A stretch of DNA of 64,000 nt from Escherichia phage Ecwhy_1. The position numbers and the translations under genes are program-made. Positions 29,010-42,500 of this stretch are shown piece by piece (position 1 is the stretch's first letter; every line of letters begins with the position of its first letter). Location of the stretch: the sequence record MH791411.1; one strand, written 5' to 3'. Under the pieces are notes generated by a model. It saw nothing but the letters and a program-made list of their open reading frames with translations, ran no database searches and was not told the DNA's origin.

Positions 29010-29498
29010 ATGAGTAAATGGGAAATCAAAAATACCGACGAACAATTTTTTAAAGAAATTAAAGAATTTGAAGGTACTATTGCGTATCAGAAAAAACTTG
29101 GTTATTTTAAAAATGATAAGTTTTGGGTATATAAAGACAGTCTAGGTCTTGATACCATTGGTTACGGTCACCTTGTACTTAAGGGTGAAAGTTTCAAAAA
29201 TGGACTCACTGAAGCAGAAGCTGATGCTCTCCTTATAAAAGATGCTCAGACCGCTTACAATGACGCAAAATCAATCTATGATCAATTTGGAATGACTGCT
29301 CCAGTACAGGTTCAGCGTGTATTGTGGTTTATGGTGTTCCAAATGGGTAAATCAAAAGTTTTAAATTTCAAAAAAGCGATGGCTGCTCTCGGTCGTGGTG
29401 ATTATAAAACTGCTGGTAAAGAAATGCGTGATAGTTCGTGGTACAAACAAACCACATCCAGAGCGGAGAAGATGGCTCGCATCGTCGAATCCGTATAA
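29010..29498 (+). CDS. e: lysozyme / endolysin, GH24 (T4 gene e-like), 162 aa
   Basis: EFEGT...YKDSLGLDTIGYGHL...MVFQMG...WYKQTTSRAEK matches T4 lysozyme motifs including the catalytic Glu/Asp/Thr; paralogous to the C-terminus of the spike. Confidence 0.9.
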   Translation: MSKWEIKNTDEQFFKEIKEFEGTIAYQKKLGYFKNDKFWVYKDSLGLDTIGYGHLVLKGESFKNGLTEAEADALLIKDAQTAYNDAKSIYDQFGMTAPVQVQRVLWFMVFQMGKSKVLNFKKAMAALGRGDYKTAGKEMRDSSWYKQTTSRAEKMARIVESV

Positions 29499-29513
29499 TA
29501 AAGGAAACACATA

Positions 29514-29909
29514 ATGGCAATTGTTTTTAAAGGTTTTTCAACTCCAGTAGTTGGAAGAACTGAAACATTGTATGACAGTGAATTGGTTCGTCAGGATTTA
29601 ATGAATCATTTCAATACAAAAAAAGGTGAACGTGCATTTGATGCTGATTATGGGTTCATTGCGTGGGATTTGCTATTTGAATTGGATGGTTATAATACAA
29701 TCAACCTTTTGGAAGCAGATGCCCGTAGAATTATTAGCTTGGACCCACGTTTAAGCTTAAAGAAACTTCAAATATCAAGAATTGAGTACGGTTATCAGAT
29801 GGATATAGTACTTGAATATGTTGTTCTCAATACTCTTGAAGAATTAACTATAGTTTTTGATGCAAGAAGTAACAACAGAATGGCTACCTATTCTGTATCA
29901 TCTTTGTAA
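29514..29909 (+). CDS. 25: baseplate wedge protein gp25 / gpW-like, 131 aa
   Basis: KKGERAFDADYGFIAWDLLFE aligns with T4 gp25 RKGSRPFDPEFGCDLSDQLFE as recalled; size matches. Confidence 0.7.
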   Translation: MAIVFKGFSTPVVGRTETLYDSELVRQDLMNHFNTKKGERAFDADYGFIAWDLLFELDGYNTINLLEADARRIISLDPRLSLKKLQISRIEYGYQMDIVLEYVVLNTLEELTIVFDARSNNRMATYSVSSL

Positions 29910-29915
29910 ATTATA

Positions 29916-29945
29916 AAAGCACTCTTCGGGGTGCTTTTCTTTTTG
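29916..29945 (+). terminator. rho-independent terminator
   Basis: AAGCACTC-ttcg-GGGTGCTT hairpin followed by TTTCTTTTT. Confidence 0.7.
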
Positions 29946-30011
29946 GATAAATATTTCTATATATAATTCCCAGTACTGAACTAGTACTTTACTGATTTAA
30001 AGGAATAAATT

Positions 30012-33000
30012 ATGTCACAACAAAAAAGGCAATCAAATTTATACGCTGGTGAAGATTGGACTCAAGTATATGAAAGCTTTTATAAGATCAATCTAACAGC
30101 TTATGACTTTGATACAATCCGTCAAAGTATGATTGACTATCTACGTGCTACGTACCCAGATTCTTTCAACGACTGGATCGAAAACGACCAGTTCATCTTT
30201 ATTCTAGATACCATTTCTATGCTAGGACAGAACTTAGCATTCCGTATGGATTTAAACACTCGTGAGAACTTCCTAGATACTGCTACTCGTCGTGCATCAG
30301 TACTGAAACTCGCAAAAATGATTTCTTACTCTCCACGCCGTTCATATCCAGGTCGTGCAGTTGCTAAATTAACAGAAATAAAAACCAACCAAGACGTTCG
30401 TAATAGTTTTAACGAATCACTTAAGGATAAAATCATTCGTTGGAATGACCCAATGGACACAAACTGGTATGAGAACTTCATTCTAGTTATGAACAGTTCA
30501 TTTGTCAGTACTAACCAGTTTGGTAATCCGGTTAAACGTATCGATATCAATGGTGTTTCTCGTCAGCTATATCGTATGAATACAATTCCAATGTCAGCAC
30601 CAAGTCTTCCATTCACAGCTACAGTTAATGGTGAATCGATGACATTTGAAGTTGTCAACCCTGATATTACAGCAGTTGGTGTTGAAGAGCGTCACCCTGA
30701 ACCACAAGAGCAAAAATATATCGTTTATCAGAATGATGGTAACGGATTTAGTTCACCAAATACTGGTTTCTTCGTTTATTTTGTTCAAGGGACATTGACA
30801 TACCAAGATTACCAATATAATATTCGTGAAGAAAACCGTATCCAAGACATCAACGTAGATAATATCAACGAAACTGATGTTTGGGTTCAGGAAATCAACG
30901 AAGATGGTATTGTACGTACTAAATGGACCAAAGTTCCATCTATGGAAAGTATCGCATACAATACTGTTAACCGTCAACTAAAAACAATCTTTGCTGTCAC
31001 AACTCGTGATAAAGACCAGATTACTATTAAGTATCCTGATTCTCGTAGTGGTGTTGTTCCTCGTGGGACGTATCGTGTATGGTATCGTGTTAGTAATGGT
31101 GAAACATACAACATTAAAACGTCTGAAATCCAGAACAAAAGTGTAAAATACACCTATAGAACCAAAACACAATCAAGCTATGAATCCAGTACTTTGGATA
31201 TTCGTTTCACATTGCAATATGAATCAGATCGTGCACAAAGTGCAGAAACAATTGAACAAATTAAGGCTCGTGCTCCACAAATGTATTACACTCAAAACCG
31301 TTTTGTTAACGGCGAAGACTATAACATTGCTCCGTTGAGTTTGGGTAACACAGTTCTTAAATCGAAAGCAATTAACCGTTTATATAGTGGACAGTCACGA
31401 TTCATTGATATTAATGATCCAACTGGTAAGTATCAAAACACTGATGTGTTTAGTGATGATGGTTCAATGTATCAAGAAAACACACAATTTAATAAATCTT
31501 TACAATTACCAACTACCAAAACAAATGCTAGTATTGTAATTGATAATATTCAGCCATTGATTGGTGAGAATGCTGTAATCCAACGTTATCAAGCATATCC
31601 ACCGAATACAATTGGTATTGAAATTCAACAAAAATGGACACCTGAATACAATTCTAATTACGCAACTAATACGTATGGTCGTATTATGGGGGCAACAGGT
31701 AACGTATTCGGAAATTATCAAGTTGGTACGTTGATTAAGTTTTCAAATGCCGGAACTACTGTGTGGGCTAGTATTGTTAGTGTTCTTGATAATGGATATT
31801 ACGTTCTAAGTACTTCAGTTTCATCAAATATGCAAGCACAAGAGTACATTTTACAATACAGAACACGTTTTAATAGTGTCGAAGTGCAAGCAATCGCTGC
31901 AATGCTTGATAAAAAGACAGATTTTGTTATTATTCATGATAAAGAAACAACTTCTTGGATTCCATTAGAAATCAGTACTGATGAAGATACTATTTCTTAT
32001 AATGGAAATGAAGTTCTTGTTATGATTAACATCAAATATACTGCTGAAACCTGGGAATTTGATGCGAATGGCGTTGAATATGTGTTCGTTGGTGGTGATA
32101 AAGTTCGTTTTTACTTCGTTTCTTCTAAAAAGATAACTGATATTAGTACTGGTAGTGTTCAAAGTGACAAAATTGAAATTTTATCATCAAATACCACAAG
32201 CAATAGTAATGCTGGGTTGACAAGTAACATAGATTTCCAAATTTATGACACAATTCAACAAGAAAACGGGTATCTTGATGGTTCTCGTGTGGTTATCACC
32301 TCTGAAAACGTTGATAGTAATGGAATCCCACTAGAACCTAATCAATTCAGAGAAATTGTACCAAATTGGACTGGTGAAGATTCAGTTAAATATGGTGGTA
32401 TATTGGTTTTCCAAGAAAACGATGATTTCACTATATCAGTACTGTCATTACCGAATGATACTTTCACTATTCTTGATTCTTCATGGGCTTATACAATGGA
32501 TCAAGCACTTGCAGAAACTAATGCGTATAAGAGAAGTGAATTTGTTCGCAACAATGCTATTCGATCAACAACATTGAGTGGTATCTATAGTAAAGGTTCA
32601 GGCTTTATAGTTGGCTTTAACTATGATGGTAAATATTACTTCATTGAACAAACTGTTGGTAATAATAATGACCGTTTAAACCAATTAATTGAGAACTTGA
32701 CCTATTCTGATGATACAACTGCTGCAACTCCTGAACTTGCGTTTTATCGTGCTATTGTTAATATCGGTACTAATGCTGATGTTAACCAAAAGTTAGATTA
32801 TTATGGTTATAAAGATGTAACTTCACAATATACCGTAAAAACGAATGCAAGAACTGGTATTGATTTCCACTGGAAACATTATGCACCAGATGATAATCGC
32901 ATTGACCCAAGTAGAACAAACTTGATTGACATGTATGTATTAACCAATTCATACAAAACTGAAGTTGATGTATGGTTGAAGAATGGAACACAAGGTAATA

Positions 33001-33473
33001 TGCCTAAACCGCCAACATCTGTTGAATTGAAAGACATTTTTAAAGAAGTTGAACAAAAAATAGTCATCAGTGACAGTATTATTTGGCATAGTGCAGAATA
33101 TCTACCATTATTTGGTGCGAGTGCTGCTGAAGATTATAAAGCAGATTTTAAAGTCGTCAAATTGCCTAACAGTACAATGAGTGATGATGAAATTCGTCAA
33201 AATGTCGTAGCACTAACTAACGAGTATTTTAATGTTGACAACTGGGATTTTGGTGAAAGTTTCTATTACACAGACTTGTGTACATACATTCATTCCCAAT
33301 TAGGACGACATATTAGTACTATTGTTATCGTAGCTCAAAACCCTAACTCTAAATTTGGCTCACTATTTGAAATCCCTTCACGTTCTGACCAGATTTTCTT
33401 AAGTACTGCATCAGTTGATAACGTACAGATAGTCAATTCCTTGGCTAAGAGTAACATTAACATTGGTTCATAA
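30012..33473 (+). CDS. 6: baseplate wedge protein, baseplate-J (gp6-like) family, 1153 aa
   Basis: N-terminal region DYLRATYPDSFNDWIENDQFIFILDTISMLGQNLAFRMDLNTRENFLDTATRRASVLKLAKMISYSPRR is typical of baseplate J / gp6; follows gp25-like as in P2 W-J. Confidence 0.6.
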   Translation: MSQQKRQSNLYAGEDWTQVYESFYKINLTAYDFDTIRQSMIDYLRATYPDSFNDWIENDQFIFILDTISMLGQNLAFRMDLNTRENFLDTATRRASVLKLAKMISYSPRRSYPGRAVAKLTEIKTNQDVRNSFNESLKDKIIRWNDPMDTNWYENFILVMNSSFVSTNQFGNPVKRIDINGVSRQLYRMNTIPMSAPSLPFTATVNGESMTFEVVNPDITAVGVEERHPEPQEQKYIVYQNDGNGFSSPNTGFFVYFVQGTLTYQDYQYNIREENRIQDINVDNINETDVWVQEINEDGIVRTKWTKVPSMESIAYNTVNRQLKTIFAVTTRDKDQITIKYPDSRSGVVPRGTYRVWYRVSNGETYNIKTSEIQNKSVKYTYRTKTQSSYESSTLDIRFTLQYESDRAQSAETIEQIKARAPQMYYTQNRFVNGEDYNIAPLSLGNTVLKSKAINRLYSGQSRFIDINDPTGKYQNTDVFSDDGSMYQENTQFNKSLQLPTTKTNASIVIDNIQPLIGENAVIQRYQAYPPNTIGIEIQQKWTPEYNSNYATNTYGRIMGATGNVFGNYQVGTLIKFSNAGTTVWASIVSVLDNGYYVLSTSVSSNMQAQEYILQYRTRFNSVEVQAIAAMLDKKTDFVIIHDKETTSWIPLEISTDEDTISYNGNEVLVMINIKYTAETWEFDANGVEYVFVGGDKVRFYFVSSKKITDISTGSVQSDKIEILSSNTTSNSNAGLTSNIDFQIYDTIQQENGYLDGSRVVITSENVDSNGIPLEPNQFREIVPNWTGEDSVKYGGILVFQENDDFTISVLSLPNDTFTILDSSWAYTMDQALAETNAYKRSEFVRNNAIRSTTLSGIYSKGSGFIVGFNYDGKYYFIEQTVGNNNDRLNQLIENLTYSDDTTAATPELAFYRAIVNIGTNADVNQKLDYYGYKDVTSQYTVKTNARTGIDFHWKHYAPDDNRIDPSRTNLIDMYVLTNSYKTEVDVWLKNGTQGNMPKPPTSVELKDIFKEVEQKIVISDSIIWHSAEYLPLFGASAAEDYKADFKVVKLPNSTMSDDEIRQNVVALTNEYFNVDNWDFGESFYYTDLCTYIHSQLGRHISTIVIVAQNPNSKFGSLFEIPSRSDQIFLSTASVDNVQIVNSLAKSNINIGS

Positions 33474-33479
33474 CACATT

Positions 33480-33507
33480 AAGGCGTTCTTCGGAACGTCT
33501 TTTTTAT
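33480..33507 (+). terminator. rho-independent terminator
   Basis: GGCGTTC-ttcg-GAACGTC hairpin followed by TTTTTTAT. Confidence 0.7.
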
Positions 33508-33553
33508 ATCATAAATAAATCAAATGAATGAACGAATTATATGGAGTCCAAAA

Positions 33554-36500
33554 ATGACTAATAATTTTAAGTTTCAACCTACACAGATGGCTGAAGCAGT
33601 ACAGAAGAAGCTTTTCATAAAAAGATTGCCTGAGTGGATGCAAGGCTTAGAAGATATTCAGAAAGTCAGTGATGATGTTATCCAACAATGGTTTAATCCG
33701 GCTGAAAACGAATTAGTTGACGGCTACATTGGTGACATGGGTTCTCCGGCAGCAGCAGGGAACATCTTCTTACACGAGTCAACAGTCGCACGTCAACTAT
33801 ATCAGTTGTCCACTGCGTATGTCTCAAGAAATGATGACTCCAGCATTCGTTCAATTCAATTTTATGATGATCTAGTTGGCTATATGAATCATTACGGTGC
33901 ACTAACCGAAAATGAAAGCCGTTTGTTTAATGGTAAGTTCTATTCATGGACCCCACCAATTAACCCAAATAAAATGAACAACTACAGTTCATACCTATGG
34001 GATTCCAAGAATAGCTATAATATCACAACTCCAGATTATATTGTAATGGAACGTGGTGCAGAAAATGGTAACACTTGGTCACTACAAAACTTCTGGTACA
34101 CATTAGGTGAAACTTTAGAAGATGGTACTATCCTAACTGAAGAACTAATGCAAGATTCCCGTTTTGTTCGTGCTCGTGCACCAATTATCGAATACAATAA
34201 AAATATCGAACTAATGAACTACGGTACTAAATTCCGTGGGACAGTTGATTTGTTCTCTGATATTATTAAACCTGAAGATATCGTACAAAAAGATATTAAC
34301 AGCGGTATACGTATTGATGGTATTATTCCACAAGATGGTATGCGTATTCTTTTCACCAGTATTGGTAACAATGGTGAAAACAACCGAATTTATAAAGTAT
34401 ATGTTAAACGTATGCAAGATGGAACACGTGTGTATGGTCTAGCATTAGATCCAGACGAAGAATCTGAAAGCCGTCCGAGTGGTGAACCACAAGATGGTGA
34501 CGTAGTTCTTATTATCAAAGGTAATGAATTTGGTAACAGTTCCATGTATTGGGACGGTTCTCATTGGATTCAAGCACAGTCTAAAACTTCTGTGAACGTA
34601 TTTCCACAATTCCAATTGTATGACCGTAATGGTGTTAAACTAAACAACACTACTACCTATCCATCAAGTACTTTTACTGGTTCTTCACTATTTGGTTTTA
34701 AAATTAACTATAATTATGCAACTGATAGCGTTTATGGTTATAATATTGAACTAGGTGATTACAATTATTACACATATGAGAATTTCCTACAATCAACTCG
34801 TTATACTTACGAGCATTTGGGTGTGGAAGTTGAAATTGATGGACTATATTACTATAACGTAATTGGTGAAGGTAATACAATGAACCTAGAAACTGATTGG
34901 GTTCGTAGTACTGAATACTCCAAACAATATGTTAAACAAACTCCACAGGTTGAACGTACAGTAATGTTCCGCGTGTTCAGTACTGTTTATGACATGGAAA
35001 GTTTCAAAGACCCAGTTGAAGGAATGTATGCTTATGTAATTGAAGTTGACAGAACTTATCAATATTACAAAGCAGAACGTGAAACATATCTTGATTGGCA
35101 TGTTATCGTTGGTGATGGGGTACAAAGCGTTAAGTACAATCATACATTTGAATTGGCACAAAAAGTACTAGATAATTCTGATGATATTATCGAACTAGTT
35201 GTTGATGGTGTGGAAATAAAAGAATACACCAAAACTGTAGTTAATAATCAAGTACAAAGTATTACAATTGATAGCTCTGTTGATTTGGATGAAGATTCTG
35301 TTGTACAAATCAGAACTTATAGTAGCACTATCACTCCTAATAAAGAGTTGGGTGCATATGAAGTTCCAATTAACCTACAAAATAACCCATATAATTCAAA
35401 CATTGAATACATCAACCAAGGTGATTACACCCTGCACTTCCAAGATATTATTCAAAAGAATATTACATCTGGTTCTGCTGATGACTTTAACAATTACGAA
35501 GAACGTTTGGCTGCTGGTTTGGTTAATAATGGTGTAGGCACTAAAATTATTCAAAACGAAGCGTCCATGTTACCACTAATGGCACATACCGCTAATGAAG
35601 ATATTGATTTGTTTGAATCAATCATGTTTATGCAAGCAGAATACTTCCGCTTCATTAACAAGTTCAACACTCAAATGCTTCGTTTGTATGAAGAAGACCC
35701 AAGTGCTTTTCTTGGTAATAGTGCATCAAACATCGTAGATGCGATTCTAACAGCTATTAATATGGGACGTGATAGTACATTCCCATTCTACTATGACAAC
35801 GTTGCAAGCACTGCTGGGTTTATTCGTGCATTTGTCCCACCAACTCCACAGTTCTTGGGTATTTTGCAAGCTTATACACCACAAAAAGCAACATTCTTAA
35901 CTGCTGGTAGTAAATCTAGCTGTTATAATATCAGTCATACTGGTATTATTTCAAAAGCATACCGTGTTATCAATGGTGTTGATAAAATGGATGACGTAGT
36001 TTTTGAATTGGAAAATCGTATCTTTAATAGTATTGATCTTACTTTCAAGGATATTGATTATAAACCAGTACTAAACAGTGAAGACCTATTCCCAACTCCA
36101 TATTTCACTGGTACTGATTATAGTGCAGAAGAAAAGAAAACTCTATTACTACGTGGTTACATTAACTTCACAGCAACCAATGGCATTAGTAACAGTACTC
36201 ATGATTATGATGCAAATAACTGGAGAACTTGGAACTATACTGGTAGTTATTATGTTGTTGATGGTCAACGTACTGAAATTCCTGCTCGTGGTTCATGGCG
36301 TGCAATCTATACTGACCAATATGGCACATATCGTCCAGCAACCCATCCGTGGGAAATGATGGGCTTCTCTCAACGTCCTACTTGGTGGAACCAAGAATAC
36401 GAACCAACCGCAGTTCAAGTTGGTGAACGTGAGGGTGATGTTGTTTATGTGTATGAAGCACTAGTAATGAATGAAAATGGTGATTTGGTCCCAAGTGGAT

Positions 36501-39500
36501 TGTGGGATATTGATGGTACTATCGGTGATAGCAGTACTGGTACTATTTTGTCAGGTGAACGCCGTGGTCAATATGACAAATACAAGCGTTTCGGTGTACA
36601 GCCATTTAAAATCACTAAGACTGGCGAGAAAACCAGTACTGGTATTGATATTTGTGAAGTTGAGTATATTGCACCTGAAGTTTTAGGTCTTGTTAGTGGT
36701 AATTTAGATCATCGTGCAGAACCGTGGTCTTATGGTGACATGGGTGACATGGAATTCACTTACATGAACACTGCGATGTTTGCTTATGACCAAATGCTTC
36801 TTCTATACAAAGCAAAACCAGCACAGTTTGCAAACTATTACTGGGATACCCGTAATGATAACCTTAAACCAGTTTATACTGATGGTTCACAGTTCCTTTA
36901 TGGTGAAACTCGTAAGCGTCTAAACTTTGACAGTACTACATTAGTACATGGTGAGAAAAACACCCGTACTATCGGTTATCAAATGTTTGTTAGTGACTAT
37001 TTGATGTATCAGAATAAGAACATTACCACCAAATACGGTGACGTTGTTCGTTCTTCTTATGTCAATGTCGCTCACAAAATTGGTGGCTTTACTAAAGCAG
37101 ACCAATTGACATTCACTGCTAAATCTTTCGGTTTGATTTCACAAGAAAACCAAACTATCGGTCTAGTTCGTTCCAATAACATTCGCGATGAGCAAATGAG
37201 TGCAGTAAAAATTACTTGGAATGGTAGTGCATATCAAATTGATGGTTATGATTTAGTTGGTGCTAAATTTAAATATAAAATTCCAGTTAAAAATGGAAGA
37301 AAAGTAACTCTTAAATTGGAAGACAGAACTGTTGTTCATTACAATGAATGGAAATCTGAAGGTACATTAGAATATGGTAAAATATTCAATACATACCAAG
37401 AAGTTTATACTTTCATTTGTGGATATGGTGAATATCTAAAAGAACATGGCTGGATTTTTGAAGATGTAAATGATAGTGGTACTCAACAAGACTGGACAAC
37501 TATTGCTAAAGACTTTGTTATTTGGAGTCAGAATAATTTAAGTACTGGTGAGTTCATCTCCTGCACTCCAAGTGCAGCTAATGCTAAATTTGGTGCGGAT
37601 TTTGGTTCAGTTCAATCTGTTACACAGAATAGTGGTGGTGTTTGGTCACTACTCGATGATGAAAACCAAGGTATCCGTCAATATGAAATCGAAACTTCGC
37701 GTATCGGTAACGTATTCACAGTGAGAACTACATCTGAATCACAAAAACGTATGGCGTTGATTCGTTTGAGCCTAAGTTCATATGAACACGCAGTTGTTTT
37801 TGATGATAAAACTATCTTTGGTGATTACATTTACCAACCAACTTATGGTGCTATTCAAGAATTGATTAAAATGTATGGTTACATTACTGGGTCATGGACT
37901 GGTCGCCTACAAGCACCTGGTTTCATTATCCTAGAAGCAGGAACTTTACCATCATTTGAAAAATTAGTAACTGATTTTGAATTATATTATAATAGTGAAA
38001 CTCCTGTGAGTGATGTTCAGCTTCAAGAGTTATCAAATCACTTGATTGGCTATCAAACTCGTGATTATCTACAACGTATGATTAGTAGTGATGTTAGTCG
38101 TGTTGATTTCTATAAAGGATTCATTCATGACAAAGGTACTAACCAAGTAATGGAAAAAGTACTACGCGTTTCTAAATCTTACGACACTGATGAATATAAA
38201 GCACTTCAGGAATGGGCATTTAAGATTGGTACTTATGGTAATATCAATGGTAAGAAAAATCTACAATTTAAACTAATCAATGACCAATTTAAACAACAAC
38301 CACAGATGGTTTCGTTTGATGTTAATGCTACATCAAATGGTACTGGTAATGGTATTGTTTATTACGGTGAACAAGGGGTTGACTCACGCTGGATTACTCG
38401 TCCAAATGGTAAGTTTTCATTCCCAATGCGTAGTGGAAGAAGTGAGAATATCCAACTTCCAGACATTGGTCCTGTAACACTAGATGAAATTTCATACGTT
38501 ACTAAAGATTTCAGTACTGCATATAATGATCGTATCAATTATATGAATAACAGTGGTGAAATCCCAGATTCTGTATGGATGTTTAAAGATGGTAATGATT
38601 TGTGGAATATTTTCGAACTAGTAGACACTGAAGTTGAGATGCTCTCTATCGTTCCAATTGAAAATACCGATGTATATGCAGAACAATTCTGTAAAGTAAC
38701 TCTAAGTGATGATATCCCACTAAATGATGGTGATTATTATTACTTTGTTGATGAAACTAACTTTATGCCAGATACATTGACTATAGAAAGTCAATATTAT
38801 ACTGCGGGTAATGACCCTAGAGTTATGGTAGTTCCGTTTGACACTTCAATCACTATTGACTTCACTGATCCTGATACTCGCCCACGCTTGTATCGTTATG
38901 TTTCACGATTCAGTACTGAAGAGATGCGTCAGGAATACATTGACAGAAAATATAGTTTTAAAGCTCCACAAAGTACTTTGTTTGACCGCCCAACCACATA
39001 TGATGAGCGTACTAACATTACTGCGTTGTACCTAAACGTGTTTGACCCAATCAACGGTGTTATTCCTGGTGCAGCGATGCAGAACGTTACCTACACATCT
39101 CCAGTTGACCCAGCACAATACAACAGCAATGGTGAATTGATTCAAGCATGGGGTGCTGATAAAGTTGGTCAGGTTTGGTGGAACACCAGCACTGCTTTCT
39201 ACTTAGATTACACTCGTGCAATCTATGATGCTGATGGTAATGTGGATGTTGATGCAACAAATGAATATAAACGTTATAACTGGGGCAGATTGCTACCGCA
39301 CAGTACTGTTGATGTTCTTGAATGGGTATGTTCACCAGTTGAACCATATAACTGGGACAAATACTGCAAAGACGTTGCTAACAAAAATAAAAACAACACT
39401 ATGTACCTACCAAGCGGAACCGCATTGGAAGATAATTATAGTACGTTCTTAGAATATGATAGCACAACTGATACTTATGTTACAAAATACTATTTCTGGG

Positions 39501-42500
39501 TTCGTGATACAATCTATGTACCACCATTGCATTCCAGAACTAAATCTTGTACTGATATTGCTCGTATTATTAAAGAACCAGCACAGCTTAACATTCCTTG
39601 GTTTGCACCAATCAATGAAAGCTCGTTCATTCTAAGTAATATGCAATTTGAAGTCAACGATGACACAAGTATTTTAACTGTTTCTTATTACATGGATAAT
39701 ACTGAAGTTATTAAACATGACCAGTATCAATTATGTAAAGAAGGTGATAGCTATAACTTCAATCCATCAATCTGGACTTCTATGTGGAATTCTATGATTG
39801 GTCAAGAAACTACTGAATCAGGAACTGTTATTGATTTACTATATCCTTTAGTACCAAACGGTTTAGGTTCTAATAAGACTTGGTTCCAAGATGTAATTGA
39901 AGCTCGTAGAAACTTTGTAGAAAGTGCAAATAACTATTATCGCTCACAGAATATAACAACTAACACTGTTCTAATGGACGAAGTGTTTAATGTTAAAACT
40001 ACTGAAGTTAACCCGAATGAAGTATCATATCGTGTACTAACTTACAATAGTGAATTAGTCATTGCACCTGAAAGTGACAAGTTCAAAGAAAACGACGCAG
40101 TACTAGTAAGTACTAGTGGTGTATTACCTAACCCACTATCAACTAGCTCTGTATATTTTGTGCATATTGATGCTAATGGTTATATTCATCTAATGAATAG
40201 TCCATCAAGTGCTGGTAGTGTGGTTACCATTACATTGGAAAACCGTGGTGAAGGTCAACAGAAAATGATTAAACAATCAGACTATGTTGAAGCACTAGGA
40301 ACTTCATTGGACATGACCCAGTACTGGTCACTAGCAGATTGGTATGATATTGGCTACGATAAAAATACTGCATATACACAAGAATCCAGCCTAGAAGATG
40401 CAAACACTAAGAACTATCAAGTTGGTGACATTATCAGAATTACAGATGTTGATGGCATCTGGACATTGTACATTAAAGCACAATCACGTGATTCAGTTTA
40501 CTGGAAAGCAATTGGTCGTGAAAATAGTACAGTTGAATTGAATGATATGTTATACGCTGACTATACAGTTCGTGATGCTAATGGTTCGTTGAGTAATCGT
40601 GAGATTAACGTTCGTAAAGCACTAGCTTTATTGAAGAACTCATTCGACTTACATCAGAGTGAAATTGTGTTTGATATGGTTAAGTATGTTCACGTAGAAC
40701 AAAGCGTTGTTGATTGGGTATTCAAAACATCTTACATTTATATTGTAGGTTTAGAACAATCATTAGTACAGAACTATTCCAACGACAACTTGATTAATCA
40801 AATCGTTGAGTACTTTGAAGAAGTTAAACCATATAGAACTAAGATTCGTTCCCAGATTGAACAGAAAACTTCAGATGATGATTTAATTAAAGGTTTGTGT
40901 AATGATTTAGATCCTAATGGCTATATATTTGCAGATGGGACTTGGGTTAAAACGGAAAAAGACATTTGGGATTATGAATATGCTCAATTCAATGAGGTAA
41001 CTCAACGTTGGGAGCAAGTTGGTGAATTGCCAAGTGATTTCGTAACACCTAATCGCCGTTTCCAAGAAATTGATGTTATCATGCACTACGACAACACTCA
41101 ATGTAAACCAAATGATAATTTGGCAAGTGTTGATGTATTGGAAGAAGTGAATAAGAAATATCAATCTAATGCACAAGATGTTGTTAGTAATTTTGAATTA
41201 CAACGTTACAAATATACATTCCCAGAATACAGTGATGAAGATTTCGACCTATTGGTTGCTTATCAGATGCAATTGTATTACCCAGAATTGAACGTAACTC
41301 TAGGGATTGCTTACGGTGTTAACCAATGGTATGCAGACCATGCAGATGATTTGGTAGCAACCGCAGAATTCACAGAAACGTTGAATCGTGTATATAAAGA
41401 ATCAACACAAAATGAAATGTTTAATGACGTAAATCATTATGTTCAGTATAACACACTCTCTAACCGTTTGAAATTGTACACAGGTGCAGATGATGAAGTA
41501 ATTCATGATGAGGTTGGATGTGGATTTAGTGGGTTAACCTATGATGATAATCCAAGCACCAGACTACCGTTTGGTTATGCATCCAGTACTGATTATAACT
41601 TTGGTTACTTTGAAGTTAGTAGTGAGTTGTATAAAAAGTATGTTTCTTTAATTAAAGAAAACAATACTACTGCAACTGATGATGAAGTTAGAATTATACT
41701 TGAAGTTGAATATGGTGTTTATTCATATCGCCATGTAGATGAAGATGGAAATCAACGATTCTACAATGACGCAATTCATGTATTGTCTGGTATGCGTGGT
41801 TTGTATGACAAAGATGCTACCGACCATTATGAAAAGGCTGAAGAAATACTAAGTAGAATGCCTATTGATATTCATGCATTTACTATGATGCCACGAAAAT
41901 ATGTTTATGTTAATGTTAATGGTGTATACGAGAGTATCCCAGATGACCAAAGCATTGATGATTTCATGGAAGACAAATTCATAACTGACGGTCAACTAGT
42001 TCAATTGGCAGAAATAAATCTTGATGACTTACCTCTTGATAGAAATAACCCAATGTACAGTGATTATCAGCACATCCTAGATAGCATCACCGATGCTAAG
42101 TACTACGATGATATGAATGCATTTGATAACCTAGCACTTGAATCACAAACTTCCGAGTTAAAATGGGAAGTTGAAGGTGACGAAGTAGATCCGTACATAA
42201 TCGACATTTCTGATATTAACCCATCAGGAAGAAAGATTGGTCAGATTCGCTTCACAGTTGATGGTTATGGATTCAATAGTGTTTCACTAGTTCAATTGAG
42301 AGACAATAGTAGATATAAAACTGAAGGTATGGTTATCATCAACCCTTATAAAACAACAGAAGCAATTGTTAGTATTCCTTCTTACGCTAAGATTGAAAAT
42401 GATATTAGTAAATCATACAGTAAGTATGATGAAAAATACTTCTATAAAATTAAATCAATTGTTAGTGATACAGAAGCTGAAGTAATTGACAATACCCTAT

